Shown in pieces: positions 29,846-40,621 of a stretch of 64,000 nt of DNA. Below the pieces are notes generated by a model. The model saw nothing but the letters and a program-made list of their open reading frames with translations. It ran no database searches and was not told the origin of the DNA. This DNA comes from Alphaproteobacteria bacterium (GTDB taxonomy: Bacteria; Pseudomonadota; Alphaproteobacteria; Micavibrionales; SZUA-601): assembly GCA_965216395.1 (NCBI GenBank), contig OZ244156.1, positions 1,201,679-1,265,678 of the forward strand, read 5' to 3'. How positions within the stretch are numbered: position 1 is the first letter of the stretch; each line of letters starts with the position of its first letter. Position numbers and translations under genes: made by a program.

Positions 29846-30073
29846 TTTATGCCACACTCTTATACATTTTTTATATGTAAATAATACGTTATGTAATTAA
29901 CCAAAAGGTTAACAAAACTAAGAATTATGGATAAAACATCAAAAGATGCACCACAATTAGAGAAAAACACATAAATTTGCTATTTTTAAAATAAAATCCT
30001 TGAAAACATATGCTTATTAAGTGTATTGATTGCATAGTCAAAAGACTCAAATTTCAAAATTAGTGAGCAAAAA

Positions 30074-30997
30074 ATGAAAAAACAACTTTCCCTCTTTACA
30101 ATGATCACAATGTTCTGCCTCTTGGTTTCTGTTGCATTTGCAGGCCCATTTGATGGAACCCATGATGAAGATACCGCAAAAGGCATAACGCCTGAAGGCA
30201 CGGTGTTCAATCAAACATTATATAACCAATATTTGAACCTCTCTAAAGAAAGAGATAACCTTTTAGGTACAGATCGTACAGATGCTGAGCTTTTTAATCA
30301 TAAAGCATTACTTGCTGGGCGTAATAGTGCCGTTCAAAACGACTCTGTTTATGATCGTGAACTCAAATCACAAGAAAGAGTACCTTTCTTCATCGCGCAA
30401 GAGCGCCTATATATGGTTTTTGACAAAGGTGGACGTGAATTAGCCGCTGTTGAAACCGCCACAGCACAAGTGGCCTATGATTGTTGGATAGAAGCAACGG
30501 AAGGGAAACGCCCCAAAGATGCAAATGAATGCCGTCAACGTTTTGAGGATGCGATGGCTAAAGCCGAAGAAAAAGCAGGTTATGAAATTGCTGTTTTAGA
30601 GGTCGAAGCGCCTGTCGTTGTTGCACCGACACCAGAACCAGTAATTGTCCCTGTGCCCCCACAAGAATATTATGTTTTACCTTTTGAATTTGACACGACA
30701 ACACTGACCCCCGAAGGTGAAGAACAGCTTGCTAAAGCCATCAATGACATTGGCACTATTGAAGAGTTAAAAATCAGCTTACGTGCTCATGCGGATCGTG
30801 CGGGTCCAGAAAACTACAATATCAAACTATCACAAAGACGCGCTGAAACAGTTCTTAATCGTCTTGCCAATGCAGGTGTTAGAGAAAGCCGCATTCGCAT
30901 TGTTGAAGCTGTTGGCGAATCACGGTCTCTTGTTCCAACGGCCGATGGCGTAAGAAATCAAGCCAACCGTGTTGTAGAAATTGATCTAAGACAATAA
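30074..30997 (+). CDS. OmpA-like peptidoglycan-binding protein with helical N-terminal domain
   Basis: Signal peptide; FEFD, AHADRAG..YNIKLSQRRA, GESR, NRVVEI; Pro-rich linker. Confidence 0.88.
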   Translation: MKKQLSLFTMITMFCLLVSVAFAGPFDGTHDEDTAKGITPEGTVFNQTLYNQYLNLSKERDNLLGTDRTDAELFNHKALLAGRNSAVQNDSVYDRELKSQERVPFFIAQERLYMVFDKGGRELAAVETATAQVAYDCWIEATEGKRPKDANECRQRFEDAMAKAEEKAGYEIAVLEVEAPVVVAPTPEPVIVPVPPQEYYVLPFEFDTTTLTPEGEEQLAKAINDIGTIEELKISLRAHADRAGPENYNIKLSQRRAETVLNRLANAGVRESRIRIVEAVGESRSLVPTADGVRNQANRVVEIDLRQ

Positions 30998-31019
30998 AAT
31001 TTACTAAGAATATCATGTT

Positions 31020-31048
31020 AAAAAAGCCCCGAAATGGGGCTTTTTTTT
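31020..31048. terminator. Bidirectional terminator between ompA-like and hlyD-like genes
   Basis: AAAAAAGCCCC-GAAAT-GGGGCTTTTTTTT. Confidence 0.88.
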
Positions 31049-31049
31049 A

Positions 31050-32423
31050 TTACCGTTCACGCATAGCATTTTGTTTTGCTTTAAGGATCGGCTTAAGAAT
31101 ATAATCTAAAACACTTTTTTGCCCTGTTAAAATTTCAACTGTGGCCGTCATCCCTGGTATAATGGGTAAAACTTCACCCTTGTGTTTAATATCTGTTTCA
31201 TCGGTTCTAACCTGAACACGATAAAAACTATTGCCTTCATCATCTTGGATTGTGTCGGCACTTATTTGTTCAACTTTTCCTTCTAAACCGCCATAAATTG
31301 AAAAATCATAGGCCGTAATTTTAACCACAGCTTTTTGATCGGGGCGAATAAAAGCAATATCGGTTGGCTTCACGCGTGCTTCTACCAAAAGCGTATCATC
31401 AAGGGGAACAATCTCCATAATATCGGCCCCTGGTTGAATAACTCCACCCACAGTATTAACCATTAAGTCTTTTACAGTACCACGAACAGGCGATTTTACT
31501 TGTGTCCGACTAACCTTATCTTGACCAGCGGTAAGAATTTTACTCAATGATTCCGCCTCGGCACGAACAGAGGCCAATTCTCTTGACGATTCCGCATTGA
31601 TCGTCGCTTCTACCTCTTCGATTTTTTGTCTTGCTTCATTAACAGCACTCTGCGCACGCGGAATAGAAAGCTTTATCGTGCTGATTTCACCTTCAAGATC
31701 AGTGACTTGGCCTTGAATCCTAAGCAAGTCCACCCTTGACATCGCGCCACTGGACACTAATGGTGCCGTCATATTATATTCTTCACGCAAAATTTTAAGA
31801 TTATTTTCTAATTGCCGCAGACGCGAACGCATCTCTTTAACTTCTTGTGACCGTTGGCTTGCTTGAGATTGCAAAACCTGTATCTGAGCCTGTTTTTGCT
31901 GCTTATTAATCGCAAATTGTTCTCTTTGATCAATAATAATTTCAGGCGCATTTTCCTGTAACATTTTTGGAAAAACGAGGTCTTTACCCTCAATTTCTGC
32001 CTCTAGACGTGCCATAGTGCCAATTAAATGATTATATCGTGATTGTGATTCTTCAAAAGTGGACTCAGCTGTTGAATTATCAATTCTCAGCAAGACTTGA
32101 TCTTTTTCAACAATCTCACCTTGATTAACCAAAATTTCTGAAACAATTCCACCTTCTAAATTTTGGATAACTTGGATACGTGAGGAAGGAATAACTTGCC
32201 CTTCTCCGCGCGTCACTTCATCTAAAATCGCAAATTTAGCCCAAATAATAAAAGAAAATACAGCCAGAGCCGTCATAATCGATAAAACATAGGCAAAGCG
32301 ATGGCCACTTTTTCGAATTGCCGCTTCAACATCGGACATAAAAATAATATCCTCTTGCTCGGCAAGACCACGCGATGGTGTCACCCATTCATCAATAATT
32401 TTATTCCAATTACGTTTAGTCAT
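31050..32423 (-). CDS. HlyD family type I secretion adaptor (LapC-like)
   Basis: LDEVTRGEGQVIP, IQNLEGGIV, SPVRGTV, VKITAYDFSIYGGL, IIPGMTA. Confidence 0.95.
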   Translation of the reverse strand: MTKRNWNKIIDEWVTPSRGLAEQEDIIFMSDVEAAIRKSGHRFAYVLSIMTALAVFSFIIWAKFAILDEVTRGEGQVIPSSRIQVIQNLEGGIVSEILVNQGEIVEKDQVLLRIDNSTAESTFEESQSRYNHLIGTMARLEAEIEGKDLVFPKMLQENAPEIIIDQREQFAINKQQKQAQIQVLQSQASQRSQEVKEMRSRLRQLENNLKILREEYNMTAPLVSSGAMSRVDLLRIQGQVTDLEGEISTIKLSIPRAQSAVNEARQKIEEVEATINAESSRELASVRAEAESLSKILTAGQDKVSRTQVKSPVRGTVKDLMVNTVGGVIQPGADIMEIVPLDDTLLVEARVKPTDIAFIRPDQKAVVKITAYDFSIYGGLEGKVEQISADTIQDDEGNSFYRVQVRTDETDIKHKGEVLPIIPGMTATVEILTGQKSVLDYILKPILKAKQNAMRER

Positions 32424-34713
32424 CTTTTTTCAACTCTTTATCTAATTTTACGTTAGCATTTTTGCTTTCTTGTTTTTTATTTGCAGCACCGCCACTCAAT
32501 TTTTCCAAAACCATATCTTTAGGGCCATCGGCAATAACTTTTCCTTTTTCAAGAATGATAATCCGGTCAACTAAACTCAACATACTCATACGGTGCGTAA
32601 TACACACCATGCTTTTTAAGCCTTTATATTGTTGCATTCTTTGTTGAAAACGGTGTTCAGATGTATTGTCCATATTACTCGTGGGTTCATCCATAACCAA
32701 AATAGACGGGTTTCGAACTAATGCCCGAGCAATGGATATGGATTGGCGCTGCCCGCCTGAAACAGACATGCCACGCTCTCCCACTTGCAAATCAAGACCG
32801 CTTGAATGGCCACGGACGAAATCCATGACACCGGCAAAGTGAGCCGCAACATTAATCGCGTTATCGTCAACATGCGGGGCTCCAAATGAAATATTGTCAC
32901 GTATTGTTCCATAAAAAAGATAATTATCTTGTGATACATAACCAATATTACTACGAATATCCACAGGATCAATTTGTCGCAAATCAATACCATCTATCAG
33001 TATTGACCCCTCTTGTGGTTGATATAGTTGCGCAATAAGTCGACCAACCGTACTTTTGCCTGAACCAATTCGACCCAAAATAGCAACACGTTCACCTGGA
33101 CGGATGCTAAATGATACATCATCAAGCGCTTTCTCTTGTTGACCAGGATAAGAAAAAGTCACATTTTGAAACTGGATTTGACCCTGAAATTCGGGAACAT
33201 GGTGAAATGTCTTGTCTTTCGGACGTTCCACGGGCGCCTGCATGATTTTATTTAAGGCTTCTAGAGATACTTTTGATTGTTGATAACGTGTAATCACGCC
33301 AGCAATGGAGCCTAAAGGTGCTAAAGCGCGTCCGGTCAGAATTGATACCGCGACCAGTGCCCCCATCGTAAGCTGATTATCCACAATCATAGAAACCCCG
33401 ATTAAAATCGCTACTACAGTTGTTGCCTGAACGGCAAATTGTGAAAATGTCACAGCAAGTGAAGAGATCATCCGCGCCTTACCCGTTGAATCAGCGGTCA
33501 TACCAACAGCGCGTTCCCAGCGGCCTTGAATACGGCTTTGCGCGCCGGAAGTTTTGATGGTTTCAATCCCATTGATGGTTTCAATCAACATTGCATGTTT
33601 TTGATTACTTTCTGCGTGTGTCTTTTCTATGACCTTCTTAAGCGGAATTTGCAAGAACCAACCTACTAAGATCACAATCGGAACTGTCATTAACGGAATT
33701 ACTGCTAACCAGCCAGCCAGCATGGCAATAACGCCTAAAAAGACAAAGATAAACGGAAAATCAACCAAAAGAACAACGGTACCAGAAGTGAAAAAATCCC
33801 TCAAACCTTCGAATTCTCGTAAACTACTCGCCATGGCGCCCGTTGATTCAGGTTTTTCATCCAAACGCATCGCCATAACCTGTTCAAGAAGGTGACTGGC
33901 GATAATAACATCGGCATTTTTACCCGCTACATCAATAAAATAACTGCGTAAATTGCGAAGGATAAATTCAAAAACATAAACAATCAGCACACCAATTGCC
34001 AAAACCCACAATGTTTCCATAGCGGCATTCGGCACGACACGGTCATAAACATTCATAATAAAAAGCGGACTGGCTAAGGCAAATGTATTAATAAGTAATG
34101 ATGCCAATAAAACATGGCTGTAAACAGGCGCAAAACGCTTTAAAGTCCCCCAAAACCATGAATCAGCATATTTACTTTCATCATAATTGGCGCGGGCATC
34201 GAATTTAAACTTTGGTTTAATAAAAATTGCATGACCTGTATAGGATTCTTTAACATCATCAAGAGGAACAGAGACAGTGCCTCCATCAGCCTCTGCAATG
34301 GCAATTTCTGCTGTATTACGCGTTGCATCAATATGTAACAAAACACACGCATTTGATTCTTTAAGCAACAAAATACAAGGCAAAGTCAGTGCCGATAATT
34401 TGGATAAATCAGGTCGACGGACAATTTTAGCATTAAAACCAGCACGCTGAGCAGAACGCACGCATAATTGTGGTGAAAATCGTGTATCAGCAAAAGGCAA
34501 TCCGCCTTTCAAAGCTTGTTTCGAAAGCGGTTGTTCAAGCAAATTTGTAATAATAGACAAACAAGAGAGCAACGGATCTTCATAGTCAATTTCAGAAGAA
34601 CGTATAAACCAGTTCTGATTTTCTTTCTCTGGCGTGGTTTGGCTTTTTGCTCTCGGTTTTTTAGCGAGCTTTTTTGACGTTTTGTTTTGTTTGGTCTCTT
34701 TTTCGCGCGTCAT
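32416..34713 (-). CDS. Type I secretion permease/ATPase with C39-like domain (LapB/LssB-like)
   Basis: LPCILLL C39-like region, MNVYDRVVPN, GRIGSGKST, SGGQRQ, MDEPTS. Confidence 0.95.
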   Translation of the reverse strand: MTREKETKQNKTSKKLAKKPRAKSQTTPEKENQNWFIRSSEIDYEDPLLSCLSIITNLLEQPLSKQALKGGLPFADTRFSPQLCVRSAQRAGFNAKIVRRPDLSKLSALTLPCILLLKESNACVLLHIDATRNTAEIAIAEADGGTVSVPLDDVKESYTGHAIFIKPKFKFDARANYDESKYADSWFWGTLKRFAPVYSHVLLASLLINTFALASPLFIMNVYDRVVPNAAMETLWVLAIGVLIVYVFEFILRNLRSYFIDVAGKNADVIIASHLLEQVMAMRLDEKPESTGAMASSLREFEGLRDFFTSGTVVLLVDFPFIFVFLGVIAMLAGWLAVIPLMTVPIVILVGWFLQIPLKKVIEKTHAESNQKHAMLIETINGIETIKTSGAQSRIQGRWERAVGMTADSTGKARMISSLAVTFSQFAVQATTVVAILIGVSMIVDNQLTMGALVAVSILTGRALAPLGSIAGVITRYQQSKVSLEALNKIMQAPVERPKDKTFHHVPEFQGQIQFQNVTFSYPGQQEKALDDVSFSIRPGERVAILGRIGSGKSTVGRLIAQLYQPQEGSILIDGIDLRQIDPVDIRSNIGYVSQDNYLFYGTIRDNISFGAPHVDDNAINVAAHFAGVMDFVRGHSSGLDLQVGERGMSVSGGQRQSISIARALVRNPSILVMDEPTSNMDNTSEHRFQQRMQQYKGLKSMVCITHRMSMLSLVDRIIILEKGKVIADGPKDMVLEKLSGGAANKKQESKNANVKLDKELKKDD

Positions 34714-34847
34714 AATATGTATTATTCAATCTTTAATTAAATGGATGTTTTGACAAATTTATAGATAATATATTGCATAGTTGTTAATCTTGCTATTTTA
34801 TAGCAATGAATCATTTTTTTACTATTAATTTTTAAGGAATAAATCAA

Positions 34848-35537
34848 GTGAGTTGGACTGACGATCGCGTTGCAACATTAACAAAACTATGGTCACAAGG
34901 AAAAAGTGCCTCTGAAATCGCAGAGGTTCTTGGTGGTGTTACCCGTAATGCCGTTATTGGAAAGGCACACAGACTCGGGTTATCCGGTCGCCCTTCGCCT
35001 ATTAAGAAAAAGAAATTAACAAAAAAGCCAGCTAAACCAAAAAAGACAACCACAAAAGTAAAGGCCGATTCGAAAAAAGAAGACACCAAAACTAAGAAAA
35101 CAGAAACCAGAAAAACACCAAAACGTCGCGAAATCAAATTGCCGATCGCACCGCCAACATTTATCGAAGAACACCCTGTTCACGATGGTGAGCTGATCTC
35201 AATTTTAGACTTAACAGAACGTGTTTGCCGTTGGCCGATTGGCGACCCCAAGGAAGGGGAGTTTGGCTTTTGTGGTGCTGAATGCGATCCGGCGCATCCT
35301 TATTGCTTGCCCCATATGGCCATGGCATTCCAAGCTTCATCAAAAAAAGAAGCTAAGAAAATGGTGAAAAAGGCAACGAAAACAAATTCAGATAACATCG
35401 AAGAAGATGATGATGAAGATATCGAAGATATCGATCTCGAAAACTTTGATCCCGATGAGATCGAAAATGACGATGATGATGATCTGGATGATGACAATGA
35501 AGAATTAACCATCGCAACAGTGGCGCCAAATAAGTAA
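34848..35537 (+). CDS. gcrA: GcrA cell-cycle regulator with acidic C-terminal extension
   Basis: MSWTDDRV..SASEIA..VTRNAVIGKAHRLGL; CRWPIGDP..FCG..PYC..H. Confidence 0.93.
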   Translation: MSWTDDRVATLTKLWSQGKSASEIAEVLGGVTRNAVIGKAHRLGLSGRPSPIKKKKLTKKPAKPKKTTTKVKADSKKEDTKTKKTETRKTPKRREIKLPIAPPTFIEEHPVHDGELISILDLTERVCRWPIGDPKEGEFGFCGAECDPAHPYCLPHMAMAFQASSKKEAKKMVKKATKTNSDNIEEDDDEDIEDIDLENFDPDEIENDDDDDLDDDNEELTIATVAPNK

Positions 35538-35550
35538 GATTTTTTACTTT

Positions 35551-36074
35551 TTAACGCCTATATATCATCGCCATACGATTTTCTGGATTTGAATGTTTCT
35601 TTCGTTCTTGTAAAAGAATTTCTTTTAAAAAATTCGGACAAGCATCACACGACACCTCTTTAAACCCTAATTTAAGGTAGAAGTCTTTATTCCACGGTAT
35701 TGTTTTATCGGTTGTTAGGCCAATATAATCATTTTGTGCCATAAAATGATTCATCAGCTTTTTGCCAATACCGCCTCCCTGATATTCAAAAACAACCGAT
35801 AATTCTTCGATATAGGTCATTTGGCCCATCAGACGAGCTGCCAAAAAACCAACAGGAATGTCTTGATCGGTTGCAACATAGAGGTTTTTTTCTTCATGTG
35901 CTTGCACCAAAATACGATGATCTAAGGTTGAGTCATCAAATTCAGAAAAGTTTTTAAACTGATCTGGGTTATCGGCAAAAAACACCGCAAACTTTTTAGC
36001 AGCGGATTTTTCTATATCCGCTAGAAAAGTAAGATCGGTGTTTTTTGATTGTCTGATAACAATGTTATTTTTCA

Positions 36075-36075
<1 letters not shown>
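35551..36075 (-). CDS. GNAT family N-acetyltransferase
   Basis: IEELSV..YQGGGIG, LTT..IPWNKDFY.KLGF; TAATG overlap with gap. Confidence 0.88.
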
Positions 36076-37100
<1,025 letters not shown>

Positions 37101-37135
37101 TCAAATTTTGTCATACAGATTTAGAAAATAAACAA

Positions 37136-39139
37136 TTAATCCGCAGACGCAAGCATATCAATCACTTTTTCGGCAATTTTTTCACGCGTTAGACCAAAAT
37201 GCGCATATACATCTTTGGCGGGTGCAGATTCGCCAAAACTTGGTACACCGAAGAATAAATCACCGGCACGCATAAAGCGGTCCCACCCCATGCGCACACC
37301 TGCTTCGATAATGATGCGTGGGTATTGTCCTAAAATTCTTGCACGATATTCAGGCGATTGTTCCAGAAATAATTCACGACAAGGCATAGAAATAATACGG
37401 GTCGAAAAACCTTCATCCAATAATTGTCGGCTAACATCTATGGCCAGAGCCACTTCCGAACCTGTCGCAATTAATGTGAGATCAGAATGATCATTCGCAC
37501 TTTCACGTAAAACATATCCCCCTTTGGCCACTCTATTTTTTTCATCGGCAATAGAACGACAATCGGCAATATTCTGTCGTGATAAGGCCAAAACACTCGG
37601 CGCATCATCCATATTTAAAGCTGTTTGCCATGCCTCAATTGTTTCAACAGTATCAGCGGGTCGAAAAACATATAAATTAGGAATAGCACGCAAACTGGCC
37701 AAATGTTCCACCGGTTGGTGCGTTGGGCCATCTTCGCCCAATCCTATTGAGTCATGCGTCATCACATGAATAACGCGCTTTTTCATGAGTGCAGCCAAAC
37801 GAATAGCGGGGCGCGAATAATCAGAAAACTGTAAAAATGTTCCCGCATATGGAATCACACCACCGTGCAGGGCCATACCATTCATAATCGCCGCCATAGC
37901 ATGTTCGCGCACGCCGTAACGTATATAACGCCCCGCGTAATTTCCTGCATTTAAGTCACTCATCCCGTTAACATGCGTGTTATTTGAAGGCGTTAAATCA
38001 GCCGAGCCCCCCATCATTGTTTCAATAATTGGAATAATGACTTCCAAGGCTTTACCCGATGATTTTCTCGTTGCCAGACCATTCTTTTCTGCAATGAGTG
38101 TTTTTTTAAGATCAATTAAAATATTTTCCAAATTTTTAGGGATACGCCCTGCATAACTTTCTTCGAAAAGCGCTTTTTGTGGGTTATTCTTAAGCTGAGC
38201 TTGCCATTGTGTGAATAATTTAGAAGATTTTTTACCCGTATTACGCCATGCATATAAAACCTCATCTGGGATTTCAAAAGCTTTATGATGCCAATTCAGT
38301 GCTTCTCTGGTCAATTTGACCTCCTCTTCACCCAAGGGTGAACCATGAGAAGCCGATTTTCCAGCCTTATTCGGTGCGCCAAAACCAATCGTGGTTCGGC
38401 ATATAACCAAAGAAGGTGTTGGTGTTTTTTTTGCCTGAGAAATCGCTTTTTCAATAGCTGTATGATCATGGCCATCAATTTCTTGAACATCCCAACCATA
38501 AGATTGAAATCGTTTAACAGGATCTTCACTGTAAGAAAGATCCGTTTCACCATCAATTGAAATAGCATTACTGTCATAGAGAACAATCAACCGATCCAAT
38601 TTTAAGTGACCCGCTAGGGAGCAAGCCTCATGACTGATCCCTTCCATCAAATCACCATCACTGGCTATCACATAGGTATGATGATTCATAACATCATCAC
38701 CAAAACGGGCATTCAGATGTCTTTCTGCAATGGCAAAACCAACAGCCGAAGCAATCCCTTGACCCAAGGGGCCTGTTGTCATTTCAATACCAATATCCGG
38801 ATCATATTCAGGGTGACCAGCCGTTATCGCGCCCATCTGGCGAAAATTTTGCAATTCTTGTAAAGTCATTTTGGGATAACCGAGCAAATATCCCAAAGCG
38901 TAAAGCAACATAGATCCATGCCCCGCTGAAAGAATAAAACGATCACGATTGGCCCAATTTGGATTATGCACATCAAATGTCAAAAATTTTGAAAATAAAA
39001 CAGTTGCAACATCCGCCATACCCATGGGCATGCCTGGATGGCCAGAATTTGCCTTTTGTACTGCATCTATCGCTAAAAAACGAATAGCATGTGCCATTTT
39101 ATCTTGTAATTCCATATTTTTATCTGAGATATTATTCAT
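37136..39139 (-). CDS. tkt: Transketolase
   Basis: SGHPGMPMG, TTGPLGQG, SDGDLMEG, GVREHAM, THDSIGLGEDGPTHQP. Confidence 0.97.
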   Translation of the reverse strand: MNNISDKNMELQDKMAHAIRFLAIDAVQKANSGHPGMPMGMADVATVLFSKFLTFDVHNPNWANRDRFILSAGHGSMLLYALGYLLGYPKMTLQELQNFRQMGAITAGHPEYDPDIGIEMTTGPLGQGIASAVGFAIAERHLNARFGDDVMNHHTYVIASDGDLMEGISHEACSLAGHLKLDRLIVLYDSNAISIDGETDLSYSEDPVKRFQSYGWDVQEIDGHDHTAIEKAISQAKKTPTPSLVICRTTIGFGAPNKAGKSASHGSPLGEEEVKLTREALNWHHKAFEIPDEVLYAWRNTGKKSSKLFTQWQAQLKNNPQKALFEESYAGRIPKNLENILIDLKKTLIAEKNGLATRKSSGKALEVIIPIIETMMGGSADLTPSNNTHVNGMSDLNAGNYAGRYIRYGVREHAMAAIMNGMALHGGVIPYAGTFLQFSDYSRPAIRLAALMKKRVIHVMTHDSIGLGEDGPTHQPVEHLASLRAIPNLYVFRPADTVETIEAWQTALNMDDAPSVLALSRQNIADCRSIADEKNRVAKGGYVLRESANDHSDLTLIATGSEVALAIDVSRQLLDEGFSTRIISMPCRELFLEQSPEYRARILGQYPRIIIEAGVRMGWDRFMRAGDLFFGVPSFGESAPAKDVYAHFGLTREKIAEKVIDMLASAD

Positions 39140-39270
39140 TAAACCAATCCGTTATTTTGCGTAGATAATTTTGTTGCTATTTTCCCAATAATACTGTTTC
39201 AAAAAGCAATCGCTATCTTGAATAAGACGACGAAACATGTTTATAATATCCTATTATTAAGGAATTAAAA

Positions 39271-39480
39271 ATGTCGTCATTAAATACATCACTTGAAAAA
39301 CTAGATCGCGCCCTTGATGCTCTTGAAAAAGCGTTTGAATATAAAATGGATGAAATTGACGAAAAATACAAGAATTTAAAAAACCAATTACATCAATCTC
39401 AGTCTCAATCTTCGGTAATCGCACAAGAATTAGATCAAGCGATTGATAAAATTGAAACTGTTTTACAATCAGAAAGATAG
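39271..39480 (+). CDS. Small coiled-coil protein upstream of zapA (DUF4164/ZauP/ZapB-like)
   Basis: 69-aa heptad-rich ORF with SD AAGGA, in the conserved position between tkt and zapA. Confidence 0.75.
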   Translation: MSSLNTSLEKLDRALDALEKAFEYKMDEIDEKYKNLKNQLHQSQSQSSVIAQELDQAIDKIETVLQSER

Positions 39481-39483
39481 ATC

Positions 39484-39807
39484 ATGTCAAAAGTGACCAT
39501 TTCTTTAAACGGAAAATCATACAGCGTGGCGTGTGATGAAGGACAAGAAAATCGTGTTTTAGAACTCAGTGCTTATATTGATCAACGCATCCGCGCCATC
39601 GCACAAGCTGGTGCGGCCAGTAGTGAACCTTATCTTTTAGTTCTTGGCGCTTTGGTTTTGGCCGATGAATTATTTACTGAACGTGAAAAAAAATCAAATA
39701 CGACACAAACAGCTAAAAACACCAGACAAACTGAAATTGATATTAGTGCTGTTGACCACTTAACAAAAAAGATTGAAGCCTTGGCTGAAAAAATCGCTGG
39801 TGCATAA
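39484..39807 (+). CDS. zapA: Cell division protein ZapA
   Basis: VTISLNGKSYSVACDEGQE, LLVLGALVLADEL. Confidence 0.93.
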   Translation: MSKVTISLNGKSYSVACDEGQENRVLELSAYIDQRIRAIAQAGAASSEPYLLVLGALVLADELFTEREKKSNTTQTAKNTRQTEIDISAVDHLTKKIEALAEKIAGA

Positions 39808-39819
39808 GATATTATTCTA

Positions 39820-39848
39820 TTGAAAATAATCACTGATAGATACATAAT
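39820..39848 (+). promoter_or_regulatory. Sigma-70-type promoter of 6S RNA
   Basis: TTGAAA-N17-CATAAT ending about 6 nt before the predicted 6S 5' end. Confidence 0.55.
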
Positions 39849-39852
39849 ATAG

Positions 39853-40002
39853 AAGCTGCGGCGCATGTCAGAATTCTCATTCTCGGGGCCTATGTATTTT
39901 ATAAGGGCGCTGCCTCTGTTAAGATCGTGGTCTTATTATGTGGTGCCCACCTGTGCTTTTAGGGCCGCAGGTGAATAAGAAAATTCAACGGCGTCGCGGC
40001 AT
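39853..40002 (+). ncRNA. ssrS: 6S RNA
   Basis: Between zapA and ygfA; closing stem GCTGCGGCGC/GCGTCGCGGC; alpha-type motifs TCGGGGCC and GGTGCCCACCTG. Confidence 0.85.
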
Positions 40003-40042
40003 CTTTGCCTTATATTAATTTTTAAGCTTTTCAATCCAGTTC

Positions 40043-40621
40043 ATGATGACAACATATATGCAAAAAAAAGATGTTCGTGTTCTCGCACGTTCAAAAAGGC
40101 GTGAGACACATAACAAAAATGGACGTGAGTTTTGTCAAAAGATCACACAACTTTTTTTTGATACACAGCATTTTATGCCAAAAACTGTCTTTGCTTGTTA
40201 TTACCCTATTGGTTCAGAAATCAACTCTCGACCCTTGATTGATGATTTAAACCTTAAAGGGCACATCACTGGGCTGCCCGTTATTACAGCGCGTAATTCA
40301 GCGCTTGTTTTTCACCTTTACCGCAGTGGTGATGACCTTATTAAAGGCGAGTTTGGCGTTCCAGAACCCCACCTAAGCATGCCTCAAGTTATTCCCGATG
40401 TTTTGATCATTCCGGTTTTAGCCTTTAACAGTAAGGGCTACCGTTTAGGCTATGGAACGGGATATTATGACCGCACCTTAGAAGATTTGCGTCGTATCAA
40501 ACCTGTAAAAGCCATAGGTGTTGCCTATAGTAATCAACAAATTGACGATATGCCTGTTGAAGATCATGATCAAAAAATGGATTGGATTATTACTGAAAAA
40601 GAGGCTTTGAAATTCACATGA
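40043..40621 (+). CDS. ygfA: 5-formyltetrahydrofolate cyclo-ligase
   Basis: YYPIGSEI, PEP, GYRLGYGTGYYDRTL, HDQKMD; directly after ssrS. Confidence 0.93.
   Translation: MMTTYMQKKDVRVLARSKRRETHNKNGREFCQKITQLFFDTQHFMPKTVFACYYPIGSEINSRPLIDDLNLKGHITGLPVITARNSALVFHLYRSGDDLIKGEFGVPEPHLSMPQVIPDVLIIPVLAFNSKGYRLGYGTGYYDRTLEDLRRIKPVKAIGVAYSNQQIDDMPVEDHDQKMDWIITEKEALKFT

Noticed and set aside
27569-29974. Recurring TTATGT/ACATAA hexamers in T1SS intergenic regions as a shared operator
   Set aside because: Short AT-rich word in very AT-rich spacers, also seen upstream of unrelated genes; not supportable without statistics
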